A stretch of 64,000 nt of DNA, taken from contig NC_092675.1 in the NCBI RefSeq assembly GCF_964355755.1, forward strand, positions 28,678,912-28,742,911. Direction: 5' to 3'. Shown piece after piece: positions 35,801 to 46,247 of the stretch. This DNA is from Antedon mediterranea. Its lineage: Eukaryota > Animalia > Echinodermata. The translations under genes were made by a program, and so were the position numbers. Position 1 is the stretch's first letter; every line of letters begins with the position of its first letter. Below the pieces are notes generated by a model. That model was not told the origin of the DNA. It saw only the letters and a list, made by a program, of their open reading frames with translations, and searched no databases.

Positions 35801-38800
35801 TTTAATGGATGTTGCAAATGCATTGTCTAGATTACAAACTCTTGGGTACATACGAATCTGTCAAAATAAACTTGCTTTATTAAACTTTAAATTTAGTACA
35901 GTATTTATATAACACGTAAATAGATTCTCGCCATTTGATTGGGCTGATAAAAAGTGCCTGATCAATCGCTTGGTGTATTATTTTTACCAGCTAAAGCCTG
36001 ATTAACAACAGCGAGAGCGCGGTGAATAGCTATCTGAATGAAATGACAAATCTACTTAGATGCTATATAAAACAAATAATGAATGTTTTTATATTTGTGC
36101 TATGGTGCAAATAATTTCATTGGTTATCTTTCAACTCTTGAAATTGTATAAATATTATCACTATAATATTAATAACAACTTGCTGTGTATATTGAAGACA
36201 TCTTTTGCTTAGCTTGGCCATATTGAATTTTTTTAATTCAACATTTTTGACATTTGGTCCAAATCCTGAGCTTTTTTTAGCAATTATTTTATTAATAATT
36301 TACCTCGTCTCTTTCATCATAATGATTGAAACACGCCAAGACGATGAAATCACGCCACCAGGTTAGACCACCCGTTACAGTCATGTCGTTCTCTTGTGAG
36401 ACATTGCCAAACAGCTTCCATCGTTTTGTAAAAAGAGCACAGTGAGCTAACCCATTCTTGCCAGCAACGGTCACACAGTGACCCGACCTGTCCACCGCAG
36501 CAAACTACAATAAAATGTTGTGGAGTAAATGTAAACAAAATTAAATGTCAACAAGATTGAAACAATTGAAGTAAATGTCAAAATATTAAAATGATTGAAT
36601 TAAATGTCAACAAGATTGAAGTAAATGTCAACAAGATTGAAGTAAATGTCAACAAGATTGAATTAAATGTCAACAAGATTGAAGTAAATGTTAACAAGAT
36701 TGAAGTAAATGTCAAGATTGAAGTAAATGTCAACAAGATTAAAGTAAATGTCAACAAGATTAAAGTAAATGTCAACAAGATTGAAGTAAATGTCAAAAGA
36801 TTAAAGTAAATGTCAACAAGATTAAAGTAAATGGCAACAAGATTGAAGTAAATGCCAACAAGATTGAAGTAAATGTCAACAAGATTAAAGTAAATGTCAA
36901 AAGATTGAAGTAAATGTCAAAAGATTAAACCGATTAAAGTAAATGTCAACAAGATTGAAGTAAATGTCAACAAGATTGAAGTAAATGTCAACAAGATTGA
37001 AGTAAATGTCAACAAGATTGAAGTAAATGTCAACAAGATTGAAGTAAATGTCAACAAGATTGAAGTAAATGTCAACAAGATTGAAGTAAATGTCAACAAG
37101 ATTGAAGTAAATGTCAACAAGATTGAAGTAAATGTCAACAAGATTGAAGTAAATGTATTATTATTTATTGAAGGTCCCAAATGATCAGCAATTGCTGGAT
37201 GGATCACCCTCATTAAATATGGTTAAAATAAATAAAAATTTTTTAAAATGTCAACAAGATTGAAGTATATGTCAAAAGATTGAAGGAAATGTCAACACGA
37301 TTGAAGTAAATGTCAAAAGATTGAAGTAAATGTCAACACGATTGAAGTAAATGTCAACACGATTGAAGTAAATGTCAACAAGATTGAAGTAAATGTCAAC
37401 ACGATTGAAGTAAATGTCAACACGATTGAAGTAAATGTCAACACGATTGAAGTAAATGTCAACACGATTGAACTAAATGTCAACAAGATTGAAGTAAATG
37501 TCAAGATTGAAGTAAATGTCAACAAGATTAAAGTAAATGTCAACAAGATTAAAGTAAATGTCAACAAGATTGAAGTAAATGTCAACAAGATTGAAGTGAA
37601 TATCAAAAGTTTTAAGTAAATATCAAAAGTTTTAAGTAAATGTCAACAAGATTAAAGTAAATGTCAACAAGACTAAAGTAAATGTCAACAAGATTGAAGT
37701 GAATGCCAAAAGATTGAAGTAAATGTCAACAAGATTGAAGTAAATGTCAACAAGATTGAAATGATTGAAGTAAATGTCAACAAGATTAAAATGATTGAAA
37801 AAAAAATTTAACAATTGTAAATGTTAACAGAATTGAAGTAAATGTCAACATACCTTTAATGGTGAATTACTTGTTAAGTAACTGTAAGGTACCGGTACCA
37901 CTTGCCACTGTTTATTGCCTATTAATTTGTTTGGTCCTTCAGTTTGGGAAGCTAAAATTGAAAGTATAGTACATTTATTATCTTTTCTTATTTTATAGTA
38001 ACTTATTATTTTATTATTGTACATACACTTTATTTTAATTCATTAATTTCCAATATATCACTGTAAAGTTTGAAGATTCTTTCATGCCAGTCAATTATAT
38101 TATATTGATTTAGTTTATACGATTAAAAGACAACAATCTTAGAAACGTAGACACATTTGTCAGAACTTTGCTTTGTTGTGCCTGAACACGCGGTATTTTC
38201 TCCTACAGCCTTACCTAAGGATCTAATCTGAGCATCATGCCTGACAGGACTCCTGCCAGCGGCTGTGTCGGTATTGCTTGTCTTCAGTATTGTATCACCC
38301 GTATTTAAATAAAGTTTATCTTCTCCTTGCAGAAACAGATGTTCGTGGTTTGACTGAAAACAAAATATCAAGTGGAATATTGTATTGAAAAATATGTACA
38401 CAACTTTAACGCATAGGTTAGGCCACACTCTTTGTCATTTTAGAAGTCATATGCACTATAAAAAATAACAAACTTCCATAGTTGATGTAAAACCTATTTA
38501 ACATATTATAGTGAACTCCCCAAAAATGGAGCCTAAGAAAATTGAAAACTATGCCGAAACAACAATTTTTATAAGGCCTAAAAATATCCCAAATTTATTT
38601 ATAATATTGAAAATGCATTTAGCCAGCTTACAGACCAATTTACACAGATCTGCGGTAACGGTAATAAAATTATAGAATCTATGTTGTTCCTTGTGACCAT
38701 TTACACGGCACGGAGCAGACGGGCGTTTTCCTCTCAGGATAGATACAAATTCTATGGGGGACAAGCTATGCGGTTTTCCGCTTACCGTTACCACTCGTCT

Positions 38801-41800
38801 GTATAAATTTGGGCAACTTAAGGAGTATCAACTGTAAAAGCAAACATATACCGTAAAAGCAAACATATACATTGAGAGTATCTTTTACATAGAGATTTTA
38901 GTATGACTTACATACCATACATGGATTTGTAGTGAGGGCGCTTTTAACAAATAATAGTTGAATAAGATGAGTGGTTGGTTTGGGACAATCCTGGTTATTA
39001 TCCATAGACATTGTGTGTCTTGGAACACCGTTTACCATCCATAACCTATAGCCCTCCATACTCCAATCCTGATATACAAAAGAAAGAATAGTATAGTTGT
39101 ATAAAGTGTACATTAATCTTTCTTTGTGAATAAATGAATGTGTGAATGGATGGAATGACACAAGAGTTGAACTAGCGTATTTATTTGAAACGACCAACTT
39201 TGAATGAACGCCTCCCTCGAATAAACAGTGCACCCCGCCACATGCATATAATATACATATTGATAATATTGTATTACAACACATTTCTATTTGTAGTAGA
39301 ATTTATTGACATGATCTACAATTTACCAAGCATTTTGATACAATTTTTTTACTGTATTTTATCAGTTCTCAATGTTAATTGTGTTGTATTTGTTCATATC
39401 CAGGGGGTATTTATTTGATTATACAAGTTACCATATAAGTTACCATATTACACCCAAATAAATGCCCCTTAAAAACCCTCCTAAACAATAAACACCCCCC
39501 ACCCACAAAAACCCTCCTGAACAATAATGCACTGGGCGTTTATTCAAATAAATACGGTAATTAATTGATTGTAATCTAACTTACCATAGCTTTTACTTGA
39601 AAAGGATTTTTTTTACAACACTGTGGTGACATTCTAGAAAAAGCAATTAGTTGGTTTTTATGACTAGGAATATCCACCATTAAGCGTTCTGTGGCAATGA
39701 TATCATAGAGCCAGCCAGTAAACAGTGTCTAGTATTTTTTCAACTCAGATATGAAACTCAACAGAATATTTTATTTCCTATTTTAGTAAATACAGTATGT
39801 TAATGTTAAATTTTCTTGACATTTGATTGACCTAACCAAAGCAATAAGAAATGTTCAATAAATACCCATATTCTCCTCCAACTGTGCACAGTAGTTTAGC
39901 TCCAAAGGTACTCCACATGGATAGGCCACCTTGTTTCCATGACAATGCAAGGGCACATCCATCAGGAGTCCACCTCATCATGGACACAGGACCGAGAGCT
40001 TGACATCCTTCTGTAAAAACAATGTAAATCAGATTGTAATATTAAAAGTAATTCATAAACAATAACCAAAAGACCAAAAGAGAGAAAACAGCATGGATGG
40101 CAAACATCAAAAAAGAAACAGAAACTTTTCAAACGGACAGAACTATACACATGCTTGCTCAAAAATGTGACGAACACAAGTGAGACGCACAATTTCTAAC
40201 GAGATGATGATGATAACAAATTAGGCGAGTAAGAGACCAAGCGGTTAAGACAGTGAAACATCAGTAGTATATCTTTTGAGATAAGGAGTGGGTGCTAGTT
40301 CACATACATTCACTCATCACAACTGGGTCCTTTGGGAGAACAGTCTTCGACTGAAGAGGTCAATCGGTATAATAAGAATTTCTTTGAAAAGAATAGCTGA
40401 TTTCATGTAAAAGGATAGTTGATTTCAACAATAATATTAGTTATTATTTAAAGCACAGGTTGTTACTGGTTTTAAACAAGTTTAATAAAATAATCATAAT
40501 TACCTGGATAATCATTTGTTGACAATATAATATGATGTGATAATAGCATTCCTCCTGTTATTTCATCTACTGTATAAACTATACCTTGTCCACTAAAAGA
40601 TGATTAAATGATTAAGCATAGCCATATACAGTAAGCAACAAATTTAAATACTGCTGAACGTGTTTACTGCTTTCTGTTTGATTTTAAATAGGAAATCATT
40701 ATTCTATTATATTATATATTCTAACAACATTTTTTAATGAAAATAAATTTATAATATAGAACTATTAGAACTCACTTTTTACGTCCAAATGCTAGTAACT
40801 TGTACCTATGATTAATTGCAACAGATGTGATATCCTTCATTTCAGGTGCCCACACTGCGTGCACATGCTGATAATAAAGAAACAAGGTATATTAAAACAT
40901 TGTAATACATTAGAGCCTCTTCTTTGGGACACCTCTCTGTTTAGAAGACACCTCATATCTCCCAAAGACTTGTAATAAGACTTTGTAGAGCATCTTGTGT
41001 ATATGTTTGTCTTGTGAACCTCTGAGGGTCCCTAATGATCAGAAATTGCTGGATGGATCACCCTCATTAAATATGGTCAACAACAAAAAATGTAAACATT
41101 AAAATAGTTATTTAATACCAGTCATTGTTACCTTAAGTTGCACTATAATAATTTAATTTTAAAACATAGAAAACTTTCAAACTGGTAAACACTTATACTT
41201 ACATTTGGTTCATAACGTTGAGAGTCTGATGAAATAAAAGCTGCTCTTCCATCTGACAAAACAACAGCTAGGCCGCCCAGCAGATTACTGAATTCCATGT
41301 GGGTGAAATGAAGGCCTGGTATCTCAAGCACGATTTCTAAAGGAAGTGATCATTCACAAATTTAATGTTTACTATAAAAGTAGGTCTAAACATTTTACTT
41401 TATTAATATAATGGGTTTTGGTGTGGAATAACTTGCAAGTACTGTACTGCTAATAAACAACATAAAATAATTCATACCTCTTGATTGTTGTAGGTCTACT
41501 GAGAAAGGTATACCATGTATTGATATATCACTGCGTTCATTTGCATGCCCCTCCCACCTGAAACGTTTCAATAGACCACCCCCAGTTGCCACCAATAACT
41601 CATCTCTTAAGCAACATAATCTAAGAATGAAAAAGAATATCTTGTAACTTAATCACTTATACAAAAACAACATTTTTGAAGGAATTTAAAAGTATGTAAA
41701 ACTATTATGGAACATCATATGAAGTTTTATAGTAAGGAAAGATAAAAGTACAAAAATAAAAGTACATTTATGTATTTATTTATGTACAAACATTCAATAA

Positions 41801-43347
41801 AAAATCAATGAAATTGACAGTACTATGAATATAAACAATCGTTTTTAAAAGGAAATATTTTGTAACAACCTTTGACTCCCCTACCTGGTTATATCTCCTG
41901 GTATATGTACTGTGTAGTTGTATGACAGACTGAGAGATGGTACAGGCACAGTATCTGCAGCTGTTGTCTCTACTCTGTAATGACTTGTACTAGAGTGAAT
42001 AAAAAAAATATTATTTTTCAATAACAAATCCACCCTGTGTTAATGGTTTACTCCATAAATTTGATTATTTAGATTCCAAAACACACACACACACACAATA
42101 AACGGACCGATAACACCATTCACAATAACAATGATAACATTGGAAATTTATGAATTTTAAACATTTATAATTAGTAGATATTCCATGTTTGTATTTTATA
42201 TAATCTATATTTTGTGGGTGATATCTTAAAGTGTCACAGATAAGATTTATATCATTACCTTAAGCTTGGGGAAACACAAAAGAATTGTCGCATGAATTAT
42301 TTTATTTTATTTATCATGATACAGAATGTAAATTGTGACCTGGGCTAACTCTCTTAATGATTGTATGCAAACCTTTTGTATCAACATATTGTAATTTAAA
42401 GCATAAACTTACTTCTTATGTTTACTGCTATATAAATATGTATCATCAACGTTTACTTTAAAAAACATAAGATGGCCACCAGTGGTCTAAAAAAAAAGAT
42501 ATCAAAATATTGATTGTTGTTATTGTTGTTTACAAAAAGAATGTTTATTTTCTGCCCTGTTTATAGTGGTTTTATACTTACGGAAATTGTTAAGTAACTT
42601 GAATCTGGTCGCCATAATGCAGATTTATTTGTACCTAGCACAACCACGGCGTCATCTGCCCTTCTGTAGCTTGTAATTAAAACACAAGGCTGCAAATTAA
42701 ATCAATCACATTTTATAATGTACAATATCTGGAATATAAAATCTTTAATCTTTTTTTTTAACTTGATTGAAAAGAGAACAACGTTATGAAAAATAACTAA
42801 AACGCAAAATAATAGCGGACTCAAAAAAAAGAATCCAGTTTTCTGAGGCTTGATCTTAAAAGGATCTGCTGGTATGAAAATGGAAAGTAATAATATAATA
42901 CTAAATAGGATTACCTCATCCATTCATTTAAAAAAAAGATCAATTCAGTCATAAAAAATAATATATTCATTCAAAATGAGGACAAAATAAAGTAATCATT
43001 ATTATATCATGTATGTATGTCTAGCTAGCTAGTTTATTATTAGTTCTACATGGATCCAGGTCAACTACCCTAGCTAGGCCTAGGACCCATGTACAACATA
43101 GCCTACAGTAATTAAACAAGGGCGGGCGAGAAGAAGTTTTATCCCTCGCGAGAGTTGATTGATTGGTGGGTACCTTCCACGTAGGCTGTGTGTGTATCAC
43201 ACTTACATTACAATGCCAAATGTAGACGGTTTGTGTGGTGACAACGGCAAATAATTGCCTTTCTCTGTTGCTACAAACTTCAACTAGTTTTTCATCCCCT
43301 CCCGTTGGAACATCTAGATACTTCGGCCAACCAACAGGAAAATACAT
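26850..43347 (-). CDS. RIC1: Guanine nucleotide exchange factor subunit RIC1 (RIC1-RGP1 RAB6 GEF; KIAA1432/Rich), 31 coding exons, 1416 aa
   Basis: Starts [11 protein letters not shown] at 43347. Exons, GT-AG: 43347-43207, 42689-42582, 42486-42413, 41989-41885, 41620-41478, 41336-41203, 40867-40776, 40592-40504, 40010-39866, 39633-39585, 39068-38916, 38353-38215, 37951-37854, 36504-36304 ([10 protein letters not shown]), 35857-35692, 34944-34837, 34387-34260, 34111-33983, 33502-33406, 33057-32933, 32437-32391, 32251-32127 ([19 protein letters not shown]), 32024-31882 ([17 protein letters not shown]), 31595-31509, 31326-31037, 30467-30294, 29831-29710, 29239-29018, 28657-28486, 28152-27964, 27105-26850 (...GSCAIS*). 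Exon sum is 4251 nt and stays in frame. Confidence 0.95.
27609..27915 (-). mobile_element. Full-length tRNA-derived SINE (CORE-like body, L2-type 3' tail)
   Basis: Reverse strand shows A box gtggcgcagtg, B box gttcgaatcc, core tgtatccttaggcaagatacttt...ctctccacccaggtgtataaatgggtacc, tail agcgcttagag...aggcgctatataaat, then (ATT)n. Confidence 0.8.
28300..28459. mobile_element. Family C Harbinger-like MITE
   Basis: Imperfect TIRs ...ctttccactagg / ctagtggaaaatcggctt with TAA/TTA flanks. Related fragments lie at about 22095-22126 and 24588-24763. Confidence 0.65.
30662..30906. mobile_element. Family A MITE carrying an internal insertion of about 85 bp that resembles a LINE 3' tail
   Basis: The MITE core is split at its TATA by (TA)n...gacaataaagttatcttgtatcttgta. 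Confidence 0.7.
31736..31827. mobile_element. Family A MITE, internally deleted
   Basis: Both TIRs are present and flanked by TAA. Confidence 0.8.
32768..32923. mobile_element. Family A MITE ending 9 nt from a RIC1 exon boundary
   Basis: Both TIRs are present. The exon ends at 32933 and the donor GTATGT is intact. Confidence 0.85.
33545..33680 (+). mobile_element. Degenerate tRNA-derived SINE head
   Basis: gagctgtagcttggtgcttgccttctaatcccaagatccagggttcaatcctg contains a B-box-like GGTTCAATCC, but it does not fold into an intact cloverleaf. Confidence 0.4.
34492..34592. mobile_element. Family A MITE, short (further partial copies at 33858-33953 and 35127-35223)
   Basis: Matches the consensus TIR and core. 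Confidence 0.8.
35379..35650. mobile_element. TACCGT...ACGGTA-bounded MITE-like element
   Basis: Short inverted ends with repeated ccgggtata(a/g)t(t/c)ccac motifs. A similar end type occurs at about 39440-39559. Confidence 0.45.
36524..37850. repeat. 21-bp minisatellite array (AAGATTGAAGTAAATGTCAAC)n in a RIC1 intron, interrupted at about 37156-37245
   Basis: More than 50 near-identical units. It explains the TFTSILL / KIEVNVN repeat ORFs. Confidence 0.95.
38631..38813. mobile_element. Family D MITE (related copy at about 28720-28850)
   Basis: Inverted ends ccaatttacacaga / tctgtataaatttgg. The core gacgggcg(t/g)tttcc(t/g)ctcaggatagataca is shared with 28807-28838. Confidence 0.65.
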
Positions 43348-43826
43348 CTTGAAAGAATTTACCAACTTCGGAAACTACTGTCAAATCGCCATCGTAGACG
43401 AAAAGGTCAACTTTTATTTTGGGAAAAGGTCAAAAGAAATCACTCCGTTAAAAACACATAAATATTTGCCAAAAAAAATATAAAATTCAATTTTGAATTT
43501 ATTATAAATTGAAATTATCATTCATTAAATATTGTATACATTATATTTAATTTTACAAATATTGATTACAAATTTATATATGTTTAGCATACTTCTTTTC
43601 GTATTTTATTATAACCATAATGACTACGGCAAGTTTTGTGTGATTGGTGAAAAGGGTAGAATTGATCTATAAGGGGCTATACCTACCCAATCAGATTGTG
43701 TTTTACAAAAATGGATCATCCCATTTTATAGATAGTGATTTTTACTGTTGCCATTGAGATGATGCCAACTGATTAACAAACCATCTAAAAAAGTGTATAA
43801 CAATCACTTAAAACGAGAAAAGTGAG
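43348..43826. promoter_or_regulatory. Putative bidirectional promoter for RIC1 and TCTEX1D1, with CCAAT boxes, an X-box-like RFX motif and a candidate non-coding first exon of TCTEX1D1
   Basis: GATTGG at about 43642, CCAATC at about 43688, GTTGCCATTGAGAT at 43747-43760, and a plus-strand donor AAA|GTGAGT at 43821. Confidence 0.5.
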
Positions 43827-44059
43827 TTTATTTAATAGTAATCATATTAATTATCGTTATATAAAAGAAAAAGCAAATAATTCAGCTATAAGATCCAAAA
43901 ATATAGCCTAATTTTAATAATTAATAGGCTAGGCCTAGCCTACTATCTATATAGGCCCTCTCTAGGCCTAACTAGGCCTACTCTAGCCTGACTAGCTAGT
44001 AGGCCTACCCAGCATGCACCAGCAGATTGAGTCTGGTGGGGAGAGAGAAAGGCCTCCTA

Positions 44060-44945
44060 ACGGCGCTAGTTCCGTTTCGCACCTGTTTTTATTTCGACTT
44101 CCTTTTGACTCCAAATTGTTAAGCAACTTATTGTGAATACCACACCTTAAAATTGGGCCACATAAGTACTTTTATTAAGAATAATCACATAAAAAGTAAC
44201 AAATAAATCCTTAAATTGACGATTTTACAGACATGTTTCTCGCATACCGTTCGCGAATTTAGCATACTCGAAGTTCAATATTTTCGTTTCTATGGCGCGC
44301 CAAAAGAGCAACAACAATAGATGGTTAAAAACTCAGTGGAATGCGTCTTCTTTTATTGCATTTATTATTGAAATACACGTTTAATTTTAATATATTTTGT
44401 CAATAAAAATGCTGTAACATTTTACTGCTAATAATTTGCTGTTTTCAAATAGCAACCAACCCTAGGCCTACGCCTTCCTAAGAGAAAGACTAAGAGGAAT
44501 ATTATTAATACACTACAGTACATGTATGATGATGAATTTGTCGATTTTCATTCCTAAAAGTTCCTGCAAAAACCATGTACAGTATCAACAGTAATATTTT
44601 TGTTGCATTGACATTGACAAAATATAAAATTGAACGTAATTTTCATCAATAAATGCATTAAATATACGTAATTTACTGAGTATTTAGCCCTCTATTATGA
44701 TTGCTCTTTTGGCGCTCCATAGAAACAACAACATTGAACATGGAGTATGCGAAATTCACGAACCGATGTGCGAGAAACACGTCTGTAAATTCATCAATTT
44801 AAAGGATTTATTTTTTACTTTTTGTGTGATCTCCTTCGTAATAGTATTTTTGAGGCCTAATTCTAAGGTGTGGTACTCACGATAAAGTTACTTAACCAAT
44901 TTTGAGTCGAAATAAACGACAGGTGCGAAACGGAACTAGCGCCCT
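44060..44945. mobile_element. Non-autonomous DNA transposon of about 885 bp with imperfect terminal inverted repeats of about 260 bp
   Basis: GGCGCTAGTTCCGTTTCGCACCTG...TATGGCGCGCCAAAAGAGCAA (44062-44311) is mirrored by TTGCTCTTTTGGCGCTCCATAG...CAGGTGCGAAACGGAACTAGCGCC (44701-44943). No ORF; TSD unclear. Confidence 0.85.
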
Positions 44946-44964
44946 ACTAACTAGTTAGGAGGAA

Positions 44965-45831
44965 TGTCACACCAAAATCAGTCCGGGCCAAAATCGGTCC
45001 GGCGGACCAGTTTTGGCTGCCAAAATCAGTCCAGGGGACCATTTATGGCTGCCAAAACCTGTCCGGCCGGACCTGGATAAAATCGGTCCGGGCAGTAGGA
45101 CTGTTTTTGGCCGCCAAATATGGTCCGGTCTTACAAATATATGGTGTGCAAAATGAGTCATAATCATTAAAAAAAGGCCATGATTAGTCATTATATTGAA
45201 AACTATGGGGTTTTATTTGTTATTTTAATATTATAAATTAAGCCTGTTTTTTTTATTATCATTATTAGTAGTAACTCATCAATAATTAGTACTAATTGTT
45301 AGGCTTTTTGTATACAATATGTATCTCTGCCTGTTTTTAATCCATTAATCCATCCGTTTCCCCATGATGTTAAAAACAATTTAATTTATTAATTATTTAT
45401 GGTTAATCAATCAATATATCAATTCAATACAATTATTATAAAACAATTATCCAATATTGATTAGGCTGAGGAAGGAAAAAGGCCTCAATCATAAATAAAA
45501 TCTAGCTGGTAATATCAGCGCCTCATACCCGTTCATGCGAGTGTGTGGCAGGCCGAAATATGAGTGAACACCTAAGTCATGTTTTTAGATAATAAAATAC
45601 ATTTATTTATAGTATTTATCCGACAAGATAACTTACTAATATATATCATGGAATATTTTTCTAGCCATAAACAACTTAAAACAGCATCATAGGCCTAGTA
45701 ATTCAATTAAAATCGACAGAAGAAAAGATCGGACCGATTTTGGCAGTGGCGGACTGCTTTTGGCCACAATTTTAGAGCCAAAACTGGTCCGGCCGGACTG
45801 ATTTTGGCCCCGGGCCATATTTATCGTGACA
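44965..45831. mobile_element. Non-autonomous DNA transposon of about 865 bp with TGTCAC...GTGACA ends and subterminal GGTCC/GGACC repeats
   Basis: Inverted ends (ggccaaaatcggtccggcggaccagttttggct vs agccaaaactggtccggccggactgattttggcc) around an AT-rich centre. No clear TSD. Confidence 0.75.
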
Positions 45832-46247
45832 GGACCATCATAAGCTAGGCTAACATTGCAGGTAGGATAGGCCTATGATAACCTAGCTTAGGCCTAGATT
45901 ATGCAGGTTTCATAGTAGGACTTGGTTGAGTCGGGGGATGTATGAAAATGTGTTTTTATTATAGCGATTGGATTTCGTGGTCGTGTTTTATAATTATTTA
46001 TTTACAGTTCCATCAGTAAAGTGTATCAGATCCAACACACTAGTGCGTTCCCTATACGCTGAGCAGATCTACCTCTCTGGCCCTCAAAACCTAAAAAATC
46101 CTTCCCTCTAGATAAAATGAATATGGTAAGGTAAGACGATATTGTGATTATTATTATTAAAGAAAAAATCATCTGGAAATCGGGCCTACAAAATTTTTGT
46201 AAAGTTTATAAGACAAATAATGAATGTACTTTTCCTTTTATAGAAAG

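Noticed and set aside
36524-37850. CRISPR array or repeat-protein gene (TFTSILL / KIEVNVN ORFs)
   Set aside because: The units are head-to-tail with no unique spacers, there are no cas genes, and the context is a eukaryotic intron. The 21-bp period simply keeps frames open.
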